From assembly GCA_030704615.1 (NCBI GenBank), contig CM060734.1:620001-684000 (forward strand): 64,000 nucleotides of DNA, given 5' to 3'. The notes beneath the pieces are model-generated. The model did not search any database. It was not told the DNA's origin and saw nothing but the letters and a program-made list of their open reading frames with translations. This DNA comes from Takakia lepidozioides (lineage: Eukaryota > Plantae > Bryophyta). Positions 1 to 11,089 of this stretch are shown here, in pieces. The position numbers and the translations under genes are program-made. Position 1 is the stretch's first letter, and each line of letters opens with the position of its first letter.

Positions 1-559
1 GAATACTAGGTTCTTAACATAGCCTACACCTGCACCTGCATCCACCGCAAGCACTCCTATGGTTGGCTGGTCATCACCTCCAACCTCACCACAGGAGAAA
101 CAATGATGGTCTGACTGGTCATCACCCCAGCCTTACCATCGACAACATGCTCTAGGACTGGCCGGTGATAAAATCCGGACCAATCATCTATAAAAACAAG
201 CCCACACAAAACTAACATGGCGCACAGTCAAGCATGCAGGTATGGAGAGGATCCAAACACAAGAAATCATAACGACAACTCTCCCACACCAAAAACAACT
301 TCACGGTGTTGCTCCTGCAAAGACAACCCAGCCCAAACCTGGACTGACTCTTGCCTCCACCTACGGAAATGTCTTGGCCTAATGAGAGGGTGGAAAACTA
401 CGAGGAAGAGAAGCTAAAGCAATGCCTAACCCCAGCATGCCCTCATCCCAACACTCTTTCTCTCCTCTCTTCCCTCACTTGCATGACCATGGGAATATCA
501 TGAAGATACTCCTCAAATTGCCCTCCACGAGCTTCGAAATTTGGCCTTCAAGACCATAT

Positions 560-1165
560 GCTAGTCCTCAGGCAGTCCACCAGTGCCTCCACGAGTCAGT
601 ACAGGCCGTCCACAGGTCAACACGGGCCACCACAGACCAGCACAGACCCACACAGATCACAGGTCACAGCCGTCACAGCCCCACACAGGCCACAGCCCCA
701 CAGCCCATCACAGCCCATCACAGCCCCAAAGGCCATAGGGCACAGCCTGTCACTGCCAGTCACAGTCCGTCACAGCCCATCACAGCCCCACAGGCCACAG
801 GTCACATCCATCACAGCCCTACACAGGTGACAGGGTCACAGCATTACACGTCACAGCCTCACACAGCCACAGTCACAGGTCACAGCCTGCCACAGCCGTC
901 ACAGCCCCACAGGCCACCTGTCGCAGCCGGTCACAGCCCCAAGGCCACATGGCACACAGCCTGTCACAGCACGTCACAGCCCATCACAGCCCCACAGGCC
1001 AAAGGTCACAGCCTGTCACAGTCCGTCACAGCCCCACAGGCCACAGGTCACAGCCTGTCACAGCCCCAAAGGCCACAGGGCACAACCAGTCACAGTCCGT
1101 CACAGCCCATCACAGCCCCACAGGCCACAGCCTGTCACAGCCCATCACAGTCCCATCCATGGCCG
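560..1165. repeat. Low-complexity tandem repeat of 7-9 bp CACAG(C/G)(C/T)-type units
   Basis: Dozens of cacagcc/cacaggc/cacaggt/cacagcccc units; explains the repetitive S/T/H/P/Q ORFs 422-1180, 558-830 and 949-1215. Confidence 0.9.
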
Positions 1166-1599
1166 TTCATGGCAGTTTAGCCGTTTCTCCAAAGGGTTTA
1201 GCCACGCCAAGCTAGGGTTTGTGTCTCTTGGACTCTAGGCTTCTTTGCACCGAGCTATGGCGGCTGTGAGGAAATCAGCAAGGTATTCTTGCTCTTTATG
1301 GCTCCTACACACCACCAATAGTAGCTCTAACTCCAAAGGAAGATGTTTGCAACCAAAACTAAGTGCACAAGCTTCATTTTAACTCACAAAACAGTGCCAT
1401 TGATCCCTAAGGCGACTAACCAAACATGGCTGACTTCCAGCCCTTGTAGGCACTTATTCACGTGCTTTTCTTGATCATAGCACGCCCCTTCACACCTAAT
1501 CCAGCCCCTGCACCTGCTGCTTCAAGAGTTGTGCTCCCTTCAAGCTTGAAGTTGAAATCCCAACTCACATATGCCCTATAAGTGTTTTTCTTTCACCCC

Positions 1600-2010
1600 A
1601 AGTGGAAACCAGCCCTAGCCCTTCCATTCTAGCTCTCTAAAGCTTGAAAACAAGAGCCTCAATGTGCTGAAGGCATGCTCCACACATGCCCCACTCTCAC
1701 CATAAGAGAATCAGCTCCTTTGCTTCTTTTCTTGCACCCACAAACTTAAAAATACAAGCTTCAGCGGACTGAAAACATGCTCCACAGATGCCCTACAGGG
1801 AAACCAGCCCCTTCCTTCCTTTCTTGAACTCCCAGACCTGAAAGTACAAGCCTTTAACAGGCTGAAAGCATGCTCCACACATGCATTGCCCTCACATAAG
1901 GGAAGTCAGCCCTTCCCTCTTCTTTGCTTGCCCTCCAAGCTTGAAGATGGAAGCTTCAATGGGCTGAATGCATGCTCCACACATGCATCCCCTTCACACA
2001 AGAGGTAATA
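1600..2010. repeat. Diverged ~100-120 bp tandem repeats, probably TE-internal
   Basis: Recurring motif ctgaa..catgctccaca(c/g)atgc at about 1670, 1770, 1862 and 1963. Confidence 0.55.
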
Positions 2011-2325
2011 TCAGCCCCATATCTTGGCTCTTTGGCTCCTTGATGCTCTCTAAGACAAGATTAAGCACTCCACAGTCTTTGCCAAGCTCCTGAAACCCTA
2101 AGGTTTACATTTCCAGCCACAAGACACTCCTCTTGTGGTGCAAGAGCTCTTCTTCCAAGCTTTGAAACCCTAGGTGCACATTCCATGGCCTTGCCGCACC
2201 TCTTAGCTCCTGTTCCAACCCTGCCCTTTCAATGCTGAAGCTCGAGATTGAAATCCAATCTCAACATACTCCACAAAGTGCACTGATTTGCCCCAAGCCA
2301 AATCAACCCTTTAGCTTGGTCTTGC

Positions 2326-3049
2326 TGTCGCGCACCCCACTTCGGTAAACTCCCCTTCAAGTCATAGTTACTCGCTTTGATGCGCGCGCCTGACTCCCAA
2401 CCTGGCCGCCCGGGCCAACTTGGAGCTTCGGCTGCTCACCGGGACATAACGGTCCCCTTTCGCTTCCCTCTAAAACCCTCCACCTATTTGGGACTAGGAG
2501 AATTCCCTTTGGTAGATGGCAGTCCGGAACAGCTCCCCACTCTTTGGTCGCTTTCCGGCTCGCTCGCTTACTCACTAGTTTTTGGTCACCAACGGGCTTG
2601 CACCGTTCTCGGGGTTACTACTCCCTATATATACTTCTGTAGCTGTCCGCGGGGGTTTCACAACCAGCCATGCCATTTTATGGCGAACCACCACGAAACC
2701 CTCGACTCCCGGTGGTGAGTCGCGGTGAGTCTTGGCCCACTCACCACGGCCCCTATGGACCGTGATGAGTCCCAAGACTCCCCACGACTCCCACCACGAG
2801 GTCTCCGCCCCCATGGTGAGTCCTATGCCACCCCCACTAAGTCCCACTAAGCTACCACCACCCCTTGTGGAGCCACCCCCACCGCAACCCGGTGTGCGGG
2901 GCTCCACCTAGTGAGCGCCTCCGCCTCCTTGAGTGCCTTGGGCACTCAAGGGTGCTTCAGCCCCCCATACCTATCGCTGCCGCTGCCCCCACCACAGGGG
3001 CAGCCCCTCATGTGTCCCGACCCCCTGCCCTCAAGGCAAAGGGCCGACA
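2326..3049 (-). repeat. 3' LTR of the chromovirus
   Basis: Near-identical to 8628-9353 (about 15 substitutions and 3 small indels by eye); G-rich PPT-like tract at 3050-3061 on minus. Confidence 0.95.
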
Positions 3050-3887
3050 CACACCCCTACCAACAGGGAGTCGATGTCCTCATCGACTTGTCCATTTTGT
3101 AGAAACGAACATCCAAGTTGTGGCGTCCCACATCAAGGAGTTTGTTTCCGTACCATGGCGTCCCATGGCAAAGAACCAAACCCCACACTTGACTCTACTC
3201 TCCACTAGCTAGTTCGGCCGACTTCCTCCAAGTCCCGGCCAAGGGTGGAGCCTCTCCAGCTCCTCCCAGTGCACTCTTCTTGGCCTACTTCAAGGCCAAG
3301 GAACGATCCTCCCGAGGATCGAATCGCCTTACTGCAACAACATTGCTTGCGATCGCTCATGATGCCGCTTTTGGCATCACCTTGAGCAAGGGTTCACCTG
3401 GAACCCTCTTTGACTAGGAAGATAACCTTGAACCAACCGTGCGCCCCAATCACTACAATTGGGTCCGCCTTGGAATGCTGGCCTGAGGTACGGGAACACG
3501 CCGAAGCCGCACTACGACTTCGTCCCGAGGCTACACGATTATAGTACGTGAACGGAAGCACGTAGCTTCCGCGTTAGCCCGCACTACAAGGCAACCCCCT
3601 CGGTAGCGCAGTTATACGCGCACGCGCCAGGTGCGCACTAGCACGTGAACTCCCAAAGAAGGCGCAAGTTTCCTTGCCCCTTGGATGGGAGTCACCCGAT
3701 TTCGGCACTGCGCAAACACGATTAACCCAATTTACCTCTCCCACTTTTGTAAGCTAGCATGCATTCTACACACTAGCCAACCACACCATGCATCACCATT
3801 CCAAACAAATAGGACGCACAATTTGGAACCCATTTCCTTTATAACAAATTTTTGTACAATACAAGTTTTTGCAATCGGATTCCTGAG

Positions 3888-6800
3888 CTAGCTAACCGGG
3901 CTAAGCATGCATTTCCTCCCCCACGCTCCAAGGTTGATGTCCCCATCAACGCTTCTTCCGCTTTTGAGGTCGCCCTTCGAAACTGCAACCGCCTCGGATG
4001 CGTTTCCCATTTCTGAGGCACGCACCCAAGATGCCTCCACATGATGATAGCCCTTCCATTTGACGAGATACTCCGTTTCTCGGTTCTTGAACCTCCTCGA
4101 CTTAAGTATTGCCTCCACCTCGTACTCAGGTTCATTTTCATGATCCAACAGCATAGGTGGCGGACGCAACACTTGATGCCGATTCGGACGCGCTTCATCT
4201 TTGAAGTAAGGCTTCAAAAGGGAGACATGGAATACTGGGTGCACCTTGCTGTTTGCCGGCAGCTCCAATTCATACACATCCTCATTCATAACCTTCCGAA
4301 TGCGAAAGGGTCCCGCATACGGAGGTACGAACTTCGGACTCACTTCCGGAGGTAGTCGGAAATTCTTGATGTTCAACCAGACCTCTGTGCCTGCCTCAAA
4401 CTTCACTTCCCTCCGCTTCCGATTCGCCTGCCTTTCATACCGTTTCCTAGCTTTGGCAATGTTGTACTTTGCGAGCTTCAACAAACGCTCGCGTTCTTCC
4501 AGTACCGCCGCTACTGCCGGTTCCTCAACGTCCTGGGCGGCCCAACTTGTCGGCACCAGAGGTGCTTTTCCATAGACCAACGAAAGGGGAAACTCCCGTT
4601 GCGGAGTGTTCTGTGTTATTATAACAGAACTCTGCCGCGTCTAAGTGTTCCATCCAGTCTGATTGGTCTGCCGACACGTAATTCCGCAAGAATTGCTTCA
4701 CTACGGAATTCACTCTTTCCGTTTGGCCGTCCGTCGTAGGTCGGAAGGCGGTGCTCATCTTCAGCCTCGTCCCCATCTTCTTCCAAAGTGCTCTCCAAAT
4801 TTACTCGTAAACTTTGGATCGCGGTCCGAGACAATATCCTTCGGGACTCCATGATGCTTTAAGACGTGGGCGAAGTAAAGTCGCCCTGTCTCCTGCGCCG
4901 TTGCCGTCTCCTTGGTGGGGATGAAATGGCCCATTTTACTGAACCTATCACCACCACCATGATTGCATCGAATCCTTTTGACAGCGGCATAGCAGTCATG
5001 AAATCCATCGAGACGCTTTCCCAAGTCCCCTCTGGAATCGGCAAGGGTTGTAACAGCCCCGCTTGCTTTTTGTACTCGCTCCGGTTTTGTTGGCATGTGG
5101 TGCATGTCTTGACATACTCCTCTGCCTCCTCCCTCAGTTTGGGCCAGAAATACTCTTTCTTCAAGAGTGCCGCAGTGCGCTTGGCTCCGCCGTGGCCCGC
5201 AAGCGGGCTATCATGGCATTCTCTCAAGAGACTATCTCTGATCCCTCCCTTCGGCACGTAGAGACGCTTTTGCTTTATACCGGAGCAGTCCATTTTGCAA
5301 GTGGAACTGCGATTTAACCCCCATCCTCAAGTCCTGCATCACGGACTTCGCCAGCTCATCCTTCCGGCAAGCCTTCCGGATCTTCCTTTGGAGCGCCGTC
5401 TCGCCCTTGTACACCAACAAGAGCTGCTGCTTTCTACTTAAAGCATCGGCCACCACATTGTCCCGTCCCGGTTTGTACTGGATATCCACGTCGAACACTG
5501 CCAAAGTATCTTGCCACCTAAGTTGTTTTGGGGACAACTTGGGCTGCGTGGCAAAATACTTCACCGTGACATTGTCCGTGAACACCTTCACTGGGTTGGA
5601 ACCAACATAGTGGCGCCAAGCTCAAGGCAATGCACCACCGCCTTCATCTCTTTTCGTGCGTCGGCCACCGTCGCTCCACTTCATTCAGTTTCTTACTTTC
5701 GTAAGCCACTGGACGTCCATCTTGCATAAGTACACCCCCAATCGCGAAGTCCGACGCATCTGTATGAATCTCAAACGGACGATCGAACTCCGGGATTTTC
5801 AAGACTGGAGCTTCCGCCATCCGCTGCTTCAATTCAGCAAAAGCTTGGCCACAAAAGGTGTTCCATACCCAGACTTTGGATTTACACAGAAGGTCCGACA
5901 GCTGGCCCCGCCATCTTGTCAAAATTTCTCACATACTCCTGTAATAGGAGGCGAGTCCTAAGAAGGATCGCACTCGCCGGACCGAAGTCGAGGCTCCCCA
6001 GTCCAAGTATCGCCCTCACCTTTCTTTCATCCCATTTTGATCCCAATCCTGTGTAATCACATGCCCAAGAACTAACTCCACTTTCGTGACCCCGGGGGGG
6101 GAATTCCGCACTTTGAAGCTTTGGCATACGCTTTCCCTTCTCCCTTCTCGCAATTTTTTTGGGAAACCCCTTTTGAGTTTCTCTACAGAACTAGTTCCTG
6201 CCTTTTGTTTTTCGAGTACACCAAGATGTCGTCGATGTACACGATCAACAAAGTCATCAACCACTCCTGGAAAAGGCTGTTCATCAGCGTGCTAAAGTCG
6301 CTGGTGCATTGGTGAGCCCAAAAGGCATCACCAAGAACTCATATGAACCATACCTTGTCCTGCACGCGGTCTTCTCTCTCCTCATCTCCTTCCGCCACCC
6401 GAATTTGGTGATAGCCGGAGCGCAAGTCGATCCGGCTGAAATACTTCGCGCTCCTGCCAACCGATCGAAGAGGTCGTCGATCCTCGGCAAAAGGTACCGG
6501 GTTTTTGATAGTCACCTTATTCAGAGCCCTGTAATCGACACACATCCGCAGCGTCCCATCCTTCTTGTCTGCGAATAGCACCGGGGCTCCGTAAGGTGAC
6601 TTACTCGGCCGGATGTACCCCTTTGACATTAGATCTTTGAGCTGAGTCTTCAGCTCGACCAACTCTCTGTGGCTCAACCGTAGGGCGCCTTGGCAGGCGG
6701 TTCCGATCCCGGTATCACGTCATCTTGTGGTCAACTCCTCTTCGCGGTGGCAAAGCCGCTTGGTAAATCCCTCCGGCATCATATCCTGGTATTTCTTGTC

Positions 6801-8560
6801 CTTTCTCCAAAATCCCTTTGATCCAATCTGGGCTCGGTTCCCCATCGCCTTCTCCTTTCACTTCTCTAATGTAAAGCAAAAACTGGGGCTTCGTGTGCCT
6901 CCTCCACGGCCCACTCATTTGCTGATAGAGAGGTTTATTATTCGCCCTCCCCCGGATTTGGGCATTTCAGACACTCGTAAAATCTCGCCACCATCCCCCA
7001 CATGTGCAGCGTGACTACTCTCTTGCGGCCATCTATGACCGCTCCGGATTTGCTCAAAAATGTCATCCCCAAAATGAGATCCACTCCATCGATCTCGGCA
7101 GATGGTGAAGTTCTCACGTCCCTCCAACTCTCCCCCTTTGAAGAGGAACATCAATCGCCAACCTTGTCGCCAACTGTGGTTCTCCTTTGGCAGAACGCAC
7201 CTCAATAGAGGCCCCAACACAGTCCTTGTCGGGGTCCCAGCTTTTGTGCCGTTGCCGGTGTCATGAAGGAGTGCGACGCTCTCCTTGTCCCACCAACAAC
7301 GACACATTAGTTCCGGATATTATCCCCATCCACGAACAATAACTGACTCCCTTTTTCGTAAGGTGCCAGTTTCCTGATACAACTCACAAGAAAATTTGCC
7401 TACCTTGCAAGTCCTAAGCGACCACCGCTTCCACCAAGCGACTGATGGTATCTTCCAACAGGCTCCGTGGTCGCCCCGAGTCATGTTTCAATTGTCGGGG
7501 CTTCGTGCACTTCTTGGCCATGTGCCCGGGCTCCCCGCAATTGAAACACACTCCATCAAAGGTCGCCTTCTGTCCGCCATAAGCCGCTCCCACCACCGCC
7601 TCTTTTTTCCTTTCGAAGCACCGGGTGCCGCCTTGACGTTTGAAGGCCCTCCCTTCGATTTCCACGTGCCATTTTGCCGCGTGGCCTATCCCACTTCTTT
7701 TCGTCCGGTCGGAAGGAGTCACCTTCCCGCCGAATCTTCTTGTGGTTCAGCTCCGTACGGCCTTGTCTTTCACCCCTAGGGACATCCGAGAAACATTCAG
7801 CCCTCTCAATTGCCTCATTCAAAGTCTTGGGTGGCTTCTCCTCCAACTTCCGCCTAGCCCATAGGGCCAGTCCCGCCACAAAGTTGAAGACCATTTCTGG
7901 TTCTGCCATGTCCGCGACTTCGAGCAACAGCACATTGAAATCCTGGACATACCCCCTAATGTCATCTGTTTGCTTCAAATTCCTCATCTTGTCCCGGGCA
8001 AGCCAGGACGCGTTGAGGGGCACAAACTGTCTCTTCAACAATTCCTTGAACCCTCCAGTTCAAGGTTTCCGACTTGGACCTCGGTCGTGAAGGCGTTTCT
8101 GCCACCATTGTTGAGCATAGCCCCTCAAATAGGTGGGAGCCACTTCCACCCGATCCTCGTCACTCAACTTGGCCGCCTGGAAGTACTGCTCTAGCTCCAA
8201 GAGCCAGGTGTTGAGTGCCTTCCGATTTCGGACGCCCTCGAAGGTGCCGGGTTCCTTAGGCTTCACCTTAAACTTTGCCTTAGCGGAAGTGGCATTAGCC
8301 GCCTTCAACACATCTTTCAACGTCCCGCCAAACTGCGCCAACAACCCTTCCCAAAAGGCTGCCGGCATGGGAGGCATCTCTTGGTTTGTCGGAGCTCTCA
8401 AGGATTCCTCGGGCTCCGACTCCTCGGATTCCTCCCGCTCTTGGGCGGCCTTGTTTTCGGAAACATGCATCGCTTCCTCAAACGGCCGCCTCGGTGACAC
8501 GCCGCCCCCATCGGGCTCACCGGGATCATCATCTTTGGGCCATTCCGCTTTCGCTTCGGC
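3888..8560 (-). pseudogene. Frameshifted gag-pol polyprotein: Gag, zinc knuckle, RT, RNase H, integrase, chromodomain
   Basis: Gag KPKEPGTFEG..LEQYF..AQQWW; CFNCGEPGHMAKKC; [24 protein letters not shown] and [11 protein letters not shown]; RH HTDASDFAIGGVL; INT HDSPLAGH..CTTCQQ, SMDF, DGQTERVN; GPF motif YAGPF..VHPVFHVSLLK; chromodomain YEVEAIL..EYLVKWKGY..ASW. 5' boundary approximate. Confidence 0.95.
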
Positions 8561-8613
8561 TTGCCGACCCCATGATGAGGCCAATCCCAGGACGATTGCG
8601 TACTGAACTCTAA

Positions 8614-8625
8614 GCTCTGATACCA
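8614..8625 (-). promoter_or_regulatory. Primer-binding site (initiator tRNA-Met)
   Basis: TGGTATCAGAGC 2 nt inside the 5' LTR. Confidence 0.93.
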
Positions 8626-8627
8626 AG

Positions 8628-9353
8628 TGTCGCGCACCCCACTTCGGTAAACTCCCCTTCAAGTCATAGTTACTCGCTTTGATGCGCGCGCCTGACTCCC
8701 AACCTGGCCGCCCGGGCCAACTTGGAGCTTCGGCTGCTCACCGGGACATAACGGTCCCCTTTCGCTTCCCTCTAAAACCCTCAGCCTAATTGGGACTAGG
8801 AGAATTCCCTTTGGTAGATGGCAGTTTGGAACAGCTCCCCACTCTTTGGTCGCTTTCCGGCTCGCTCGCTTACTCACTAGCTTTTGGTCACCAACGGGCT
8901 TGCACCGTTCTCGGGGTTACTACTCCCTATATATACTTCTGTAGCTGTCCGCGGGGGTTTCACAACCAGCCATGCCATTTATGGCGAACCACCACGAAGA
9001 CCCTCGATTCTCGGTGGTGAGTCGCGGTGAGTCTTGGCCCGCTCACCACGGCCCCTATGGACCGTGATGAGTCCCAAGACTCCCCACAACTCCCACCACG
9101 AGGTCTCCGCCCCCATGGTGAGTCCTATGCCACCCCCACTAAGTCCCACTAAGCTACCACCACCCCTTGTGGAGCCACCCCCACCGCAACCCAGTGTGCG
9201 GGGCTCCGCCTAGTGAGCGCCTCCGCTTCCCTGAGTGCCTTGGGCACTCAAGGGTGCCTCAGCCCCCCATACCTATCGCTGCCGCTGCCCCCACCACAGG
9301 GGCAGCCCCTCATGTGTCCCGACCCCCTGCCCTCAAGGCAAAGGGCCGCGACA
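8628..9353 (-). repeat. 5' LTR of the chromovirus
   Basis: TG...CA termini, adjacent PBS and TSD. Confidence 0.95.
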
Positions 9354-9358
9354 CTTGC

Positions 9359-10725
9359 AATCCTTCACAAGACTCACGGACCAAGATTGACAAGAAGCAG
9401 GGATGGAACGTTCAATGTTACGCAAAATCAGATACTTCCAGGGGCCAGCAAAAGGAAGAAAGGATCTGGGGATCCATTTCACAATCAAAGCTCTGAATTC
9501 TCGTTCAATATCTAAAATGCCCAGTCCCCTATCCTTCTTCTTACAACATAATTGATCCCAAGATACAAGTGCACTCTTATAAGAATTGACATCCTTTGCC
9601 TCCCATAAGAAACTTCGTATGAGGGCCTTGATATGCCTTAAAAGAATTGAACCGGGATCCCACACCGAAGCTGTGAACCATAGAGAAGCAGACAACACCT
9701 GGTTGACCACTAAAACCCTACCAGCCAGAGAGAGATGTGCTAAACTCCAAAAACAAAGCTGCATCCTAAGGGATCTGATGATTTTATCAAAGCGCAAGTC
9801 AGGAGAAATAAAGTGACCCATGAGGTGACCGAGCAAGGAATGGGAGTCACCGTCAGCAAGCCAAAATAGTCCAAGGTCCAGACCCCAGGGAGGGAGATGA
9901 GTAAACCGACCTAAACTCAAGGAGAGGAGCCCCACCGACTTACCCCAATTAATTTTAAAGCCCGAAGCCAAACAAAACAAGTTCAGGGAGTTAATCCCTA
10001 AATCAATGTTCCTCTTATCAATGTTCCTTCAATAGAGCACCGAGTTGTCATCATACATCGAAACCTTGAGGTTATAAGGGGACTGGTATAAGAAGACCAG
10101 TCAGATCTCCCTGAGAATCCATAAGGTAACCGAGGCAATCAGCAACAATTAAAAATAGGAAAAGGGAGAGGAGACATCCCTGTCTCACCGAGCGCTGAAG
10201 GGGAAAGGCAGAAGAAAGCCAGTCGTTAGTCAGAACTCTGCTAGACCCCGAAAGAGGAGAATCTTAATCCAATCCAGAAAGGAACCATGGATGCCGGACT
10301 GAAGAAGGGCCGAGAGAAGACAACCCCAATTAATCCTGTCAAAGGCTTTTTCGAAATCTAGCATCAACAAGGCCAGGGGTTGATCACAATCAGAAGCAAA
10401 ATGTAAGGCCTCATTAGCCAATAAGACGCTTCTTCACAAACCCCGTCTACGCCGGGCGGATCACAGAAGGTAATAAGGATGGAAGCCGGATTGCCAGGGC
10501 CTTGGTGATTATTTTGTAAGCCGTGTTTAGAAGAGTAATAGGGCCGTAATTGGCAATGTTATCCTTATCCCCCTTTTTGAAGATAAGAGCAATGACACCC
10601 ATGGACATTGAAAGGGCATCAGTTTCTTAGAGAGGATGTCGTTGGCCATTGACAGGAAATCCCCCGAAAGAGTCATCCAAAGGGCACTATAAAATTCCAC
10701 TGGAATCCCATCCACCCCAGGGATC
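9359..10725 (-). mobile_element. Degenerate L1/Tx1-like LINE ORF2 (RT) fragment, target of the chromovirus insertion
   Basis: GVDGIPVEFY, LLMLDFEKAFDRINW, RQGC..SP..F, SGFKINWGKS and LSLAGRVLVVNQVL motifs in broken ORFs. Confidence 0.88.
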
Positions 10726-11089
10726 AATACCAGCACTACTAGTCTGGTATGTGAAAATTAAAATATTGGTACAACAGTGGTCGGAGCCAGCGATCATATA
10801 GGATAACAGGAATTTCGTTATCGGAAAATGGGCACATTGGCTAACGGGTCTGACAGGCCCAATACAGAAATCCATGCGAGGCTGGCAGGAAGGACTAGCA
10901 GCTACAGTCCGTGAACTGTTTGTCTTGATTCTCTTTTCTCTCTCTCTCTCTCTCTCTGGGATTTGTTTGTGTTTAAACGTTTCAACCCTGAGATACTTTC
11001 CTGGAGAAAGTTTGTGGATCGATGCAATGTAGATAGTGGGCGGGGTTGGAGTTGGAGTGTGTGCATTGTTGGCATGGCTTGTTGACACA

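Larger units (their letters stand above)
2326..9353 (-). mobile_element. Full-length Ty3/gypsy chromovirus LTR retrotransposon (Galadriel-like)
   Basis: Paired LTRs 8628-9353 (5') and 2326-3049 (3'); element termini TGTCGCG...CGCGACA; TSD CTTGC at 2321-2325 and 9354-9358; PBS TGGTATCAGAGC (tRNA-iMet) at 8614-8625 on minus; order gag-(PR)-RT-RH-INT-chromodomain. Confidence 0.97.

Noticed and set aside
422-1215. Mucin/extensin-like protein ORFs
   Set aside because: Open in several frames only because the CACAG repeat lacks stop codons.
2357-3212. ORFs in the LTR, repeated at 8659-9515
   Set aside because: GC-rich LTR sequence; no domain recognised and frames differ between the two LTRs.
10734-10740. 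CACTACT as the partner end of the CACTA terminus at 40770
   Set aside because: The match stops after 8 nt, the flanks give no 3-bp TSD and there are no GCGAC subterminal repeats.
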